Origin: Octopus sinensis
Taxonomy: Eukaryota
NCBI RefSeq assembly: GCF_006345805.1
Contig: NC_043002.1
Coordinates: forward strand, 3,906,001 to 3,970,000
Direction of reading: 5' to 3'
Length of the DNA stretch: 64,000 nt
Shown: positions 63,041 through 64,000 of the stretch, piece after piece
Layout: every line of letters begins with the position of its first letter
Numbering within the stretch: position 1 is the first letter of the stretch
The notes under the pieces: generated by a model
What the model was told of the DNA's origin: nothing
Seen by the model: only the letters and a program-made list of their open reading frames with translations
Databases searched by the model: none
Translations under genes and position numbers: made by a program

Positions 63041-63160
63041 GCACGCTTACGCCTTACCTTAATTAGTGGTCATTCAAATAGTGCTTTTGTCTTAATAACG
63101 GTCTATAACACAGTAATTTCCCTTTGTATAACGGTCTTTTTTCATAGCATTTTTCTGATG

Positions 63161-63230
63161 GCCGGATAACTGAAGAGATGGTGGTGTGGATTTCCACCTC
63201 GGCATCCGGAACTCAGAGTTTTATCTTGGC
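63161..63230 (+). ncRNA. Type I hammerhead-ribozyme-like fold, probably inactivated
   Basis: GATAA-CTGAAGA-[GATG..GGTGG..CCACC..CATCC]-GGAA-CTCAGAG-TT-TTATC; stems I-III pair; core reads GGAA instead of GAAA. Confidence 0.6.
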
Positions 63231-64000
63231 TACAGAATAATTGTCACATATTACATTTACAGATAAATTCCTCTACTTACATAATATTGAGGTCTCTTTC
63301 TTTCTTTTGTTATCTTACCGTTTTTACCAATATATATATATATATATGATGCTCATAAAAAATTGACATGTTCTATAAATTTTAAATTTTATTAAGCATC
63401 TGCTCACAATGCAGAATGTTGTAATGTATAACACTATGCTTTTTAGTCACCACCAGATTAGCAAACTTGCATGTATGCACTGCATATAACACAATCCCTG
63501 TATCTATCTATGCAAATGATGAAATCCCACTGCTAACGAACACAAACAAATCACATACGCTAACGATGTGACATCGGTAAAGTTAACATCACTCGAGTTG
63601 CTTATAATTCAAAATTTAATTTTGTTTTACTTGTGCAGTGCTGTTCCTGATCAACACCATTTACGTATAAACCAGCAATTCCAGTTTGTTTCGAGCTGAC
63701 TTGGAGATACGATTCTAAAGAACTAAAATAGCAGAGAAACATTGATATCCATCATTCTCATTCATCCAGGGATTTTCAATGTTTTTTAACAATCATCTTA
63801 AAAAGGACTTTTCCCTGATGCAATCTTGCAATTAATAAGTGCATAAACAAAACACATATACTCAGTGTGTGACATTAGTTATATATATATATACATATAT
63901 ATATGTTTATATATATATGTATGTGTGTATATATATTTATATATATATATTGATACGAGGTCAGTTGAAAAAAAGTGCTATGACCCAGTTTTGTGGTTTG

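Overview
AT-rich animal genomic DNA. The repeat families are ones I recognise from Octopus (inference, no database check). Two convergent, intron-rich host genes can be assembled from splice signals and homology. (1) On +, the last 8 coding exons of a retinoid-inducible serine carboxypeptidase (SCPEP1/RISC-like, 79-34333) with all three catalytic motifs (SESYGG, GQLDLI, NAGHM). (2) On -, the complete Mediator subunit MED21 (54023-39684; 4 exons, 141 aa), whose first intron has a GC donor. Nearly everything else is mobile DNA: five large fragments and about 25 3' tails of one RTE-clade LINE family, three tRNA-derived SINE families, Tc1/mariner relics, hAT- and piggyBac-type MITEs, a Helitron, a solo LTR, and CR1, RLE-type and Penelope-like fragments. 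The most notable signals are: a 4.5-kb 19-bp minisatellite grown from the A-box-containing 5' end of a SINE; a C4HC3 PHD-like finger inserted inside the RT domain of the RTE LINE; a hairpin module in that LINE's 3' UTR that marks the junctions of separate 63-, 67-, 98-, ~160- and ~326-bp tandem expansions; hammerhead-ribozyme-like folds at 63161-63230 and 11748-11967; and a nested-palindrome MITE just upstream of MED21. The very long ORFs at 6.5-11.3 kb are artefacts of the minisatellite. Coordinates were counted by hand, and repeat boundaries are approximate.
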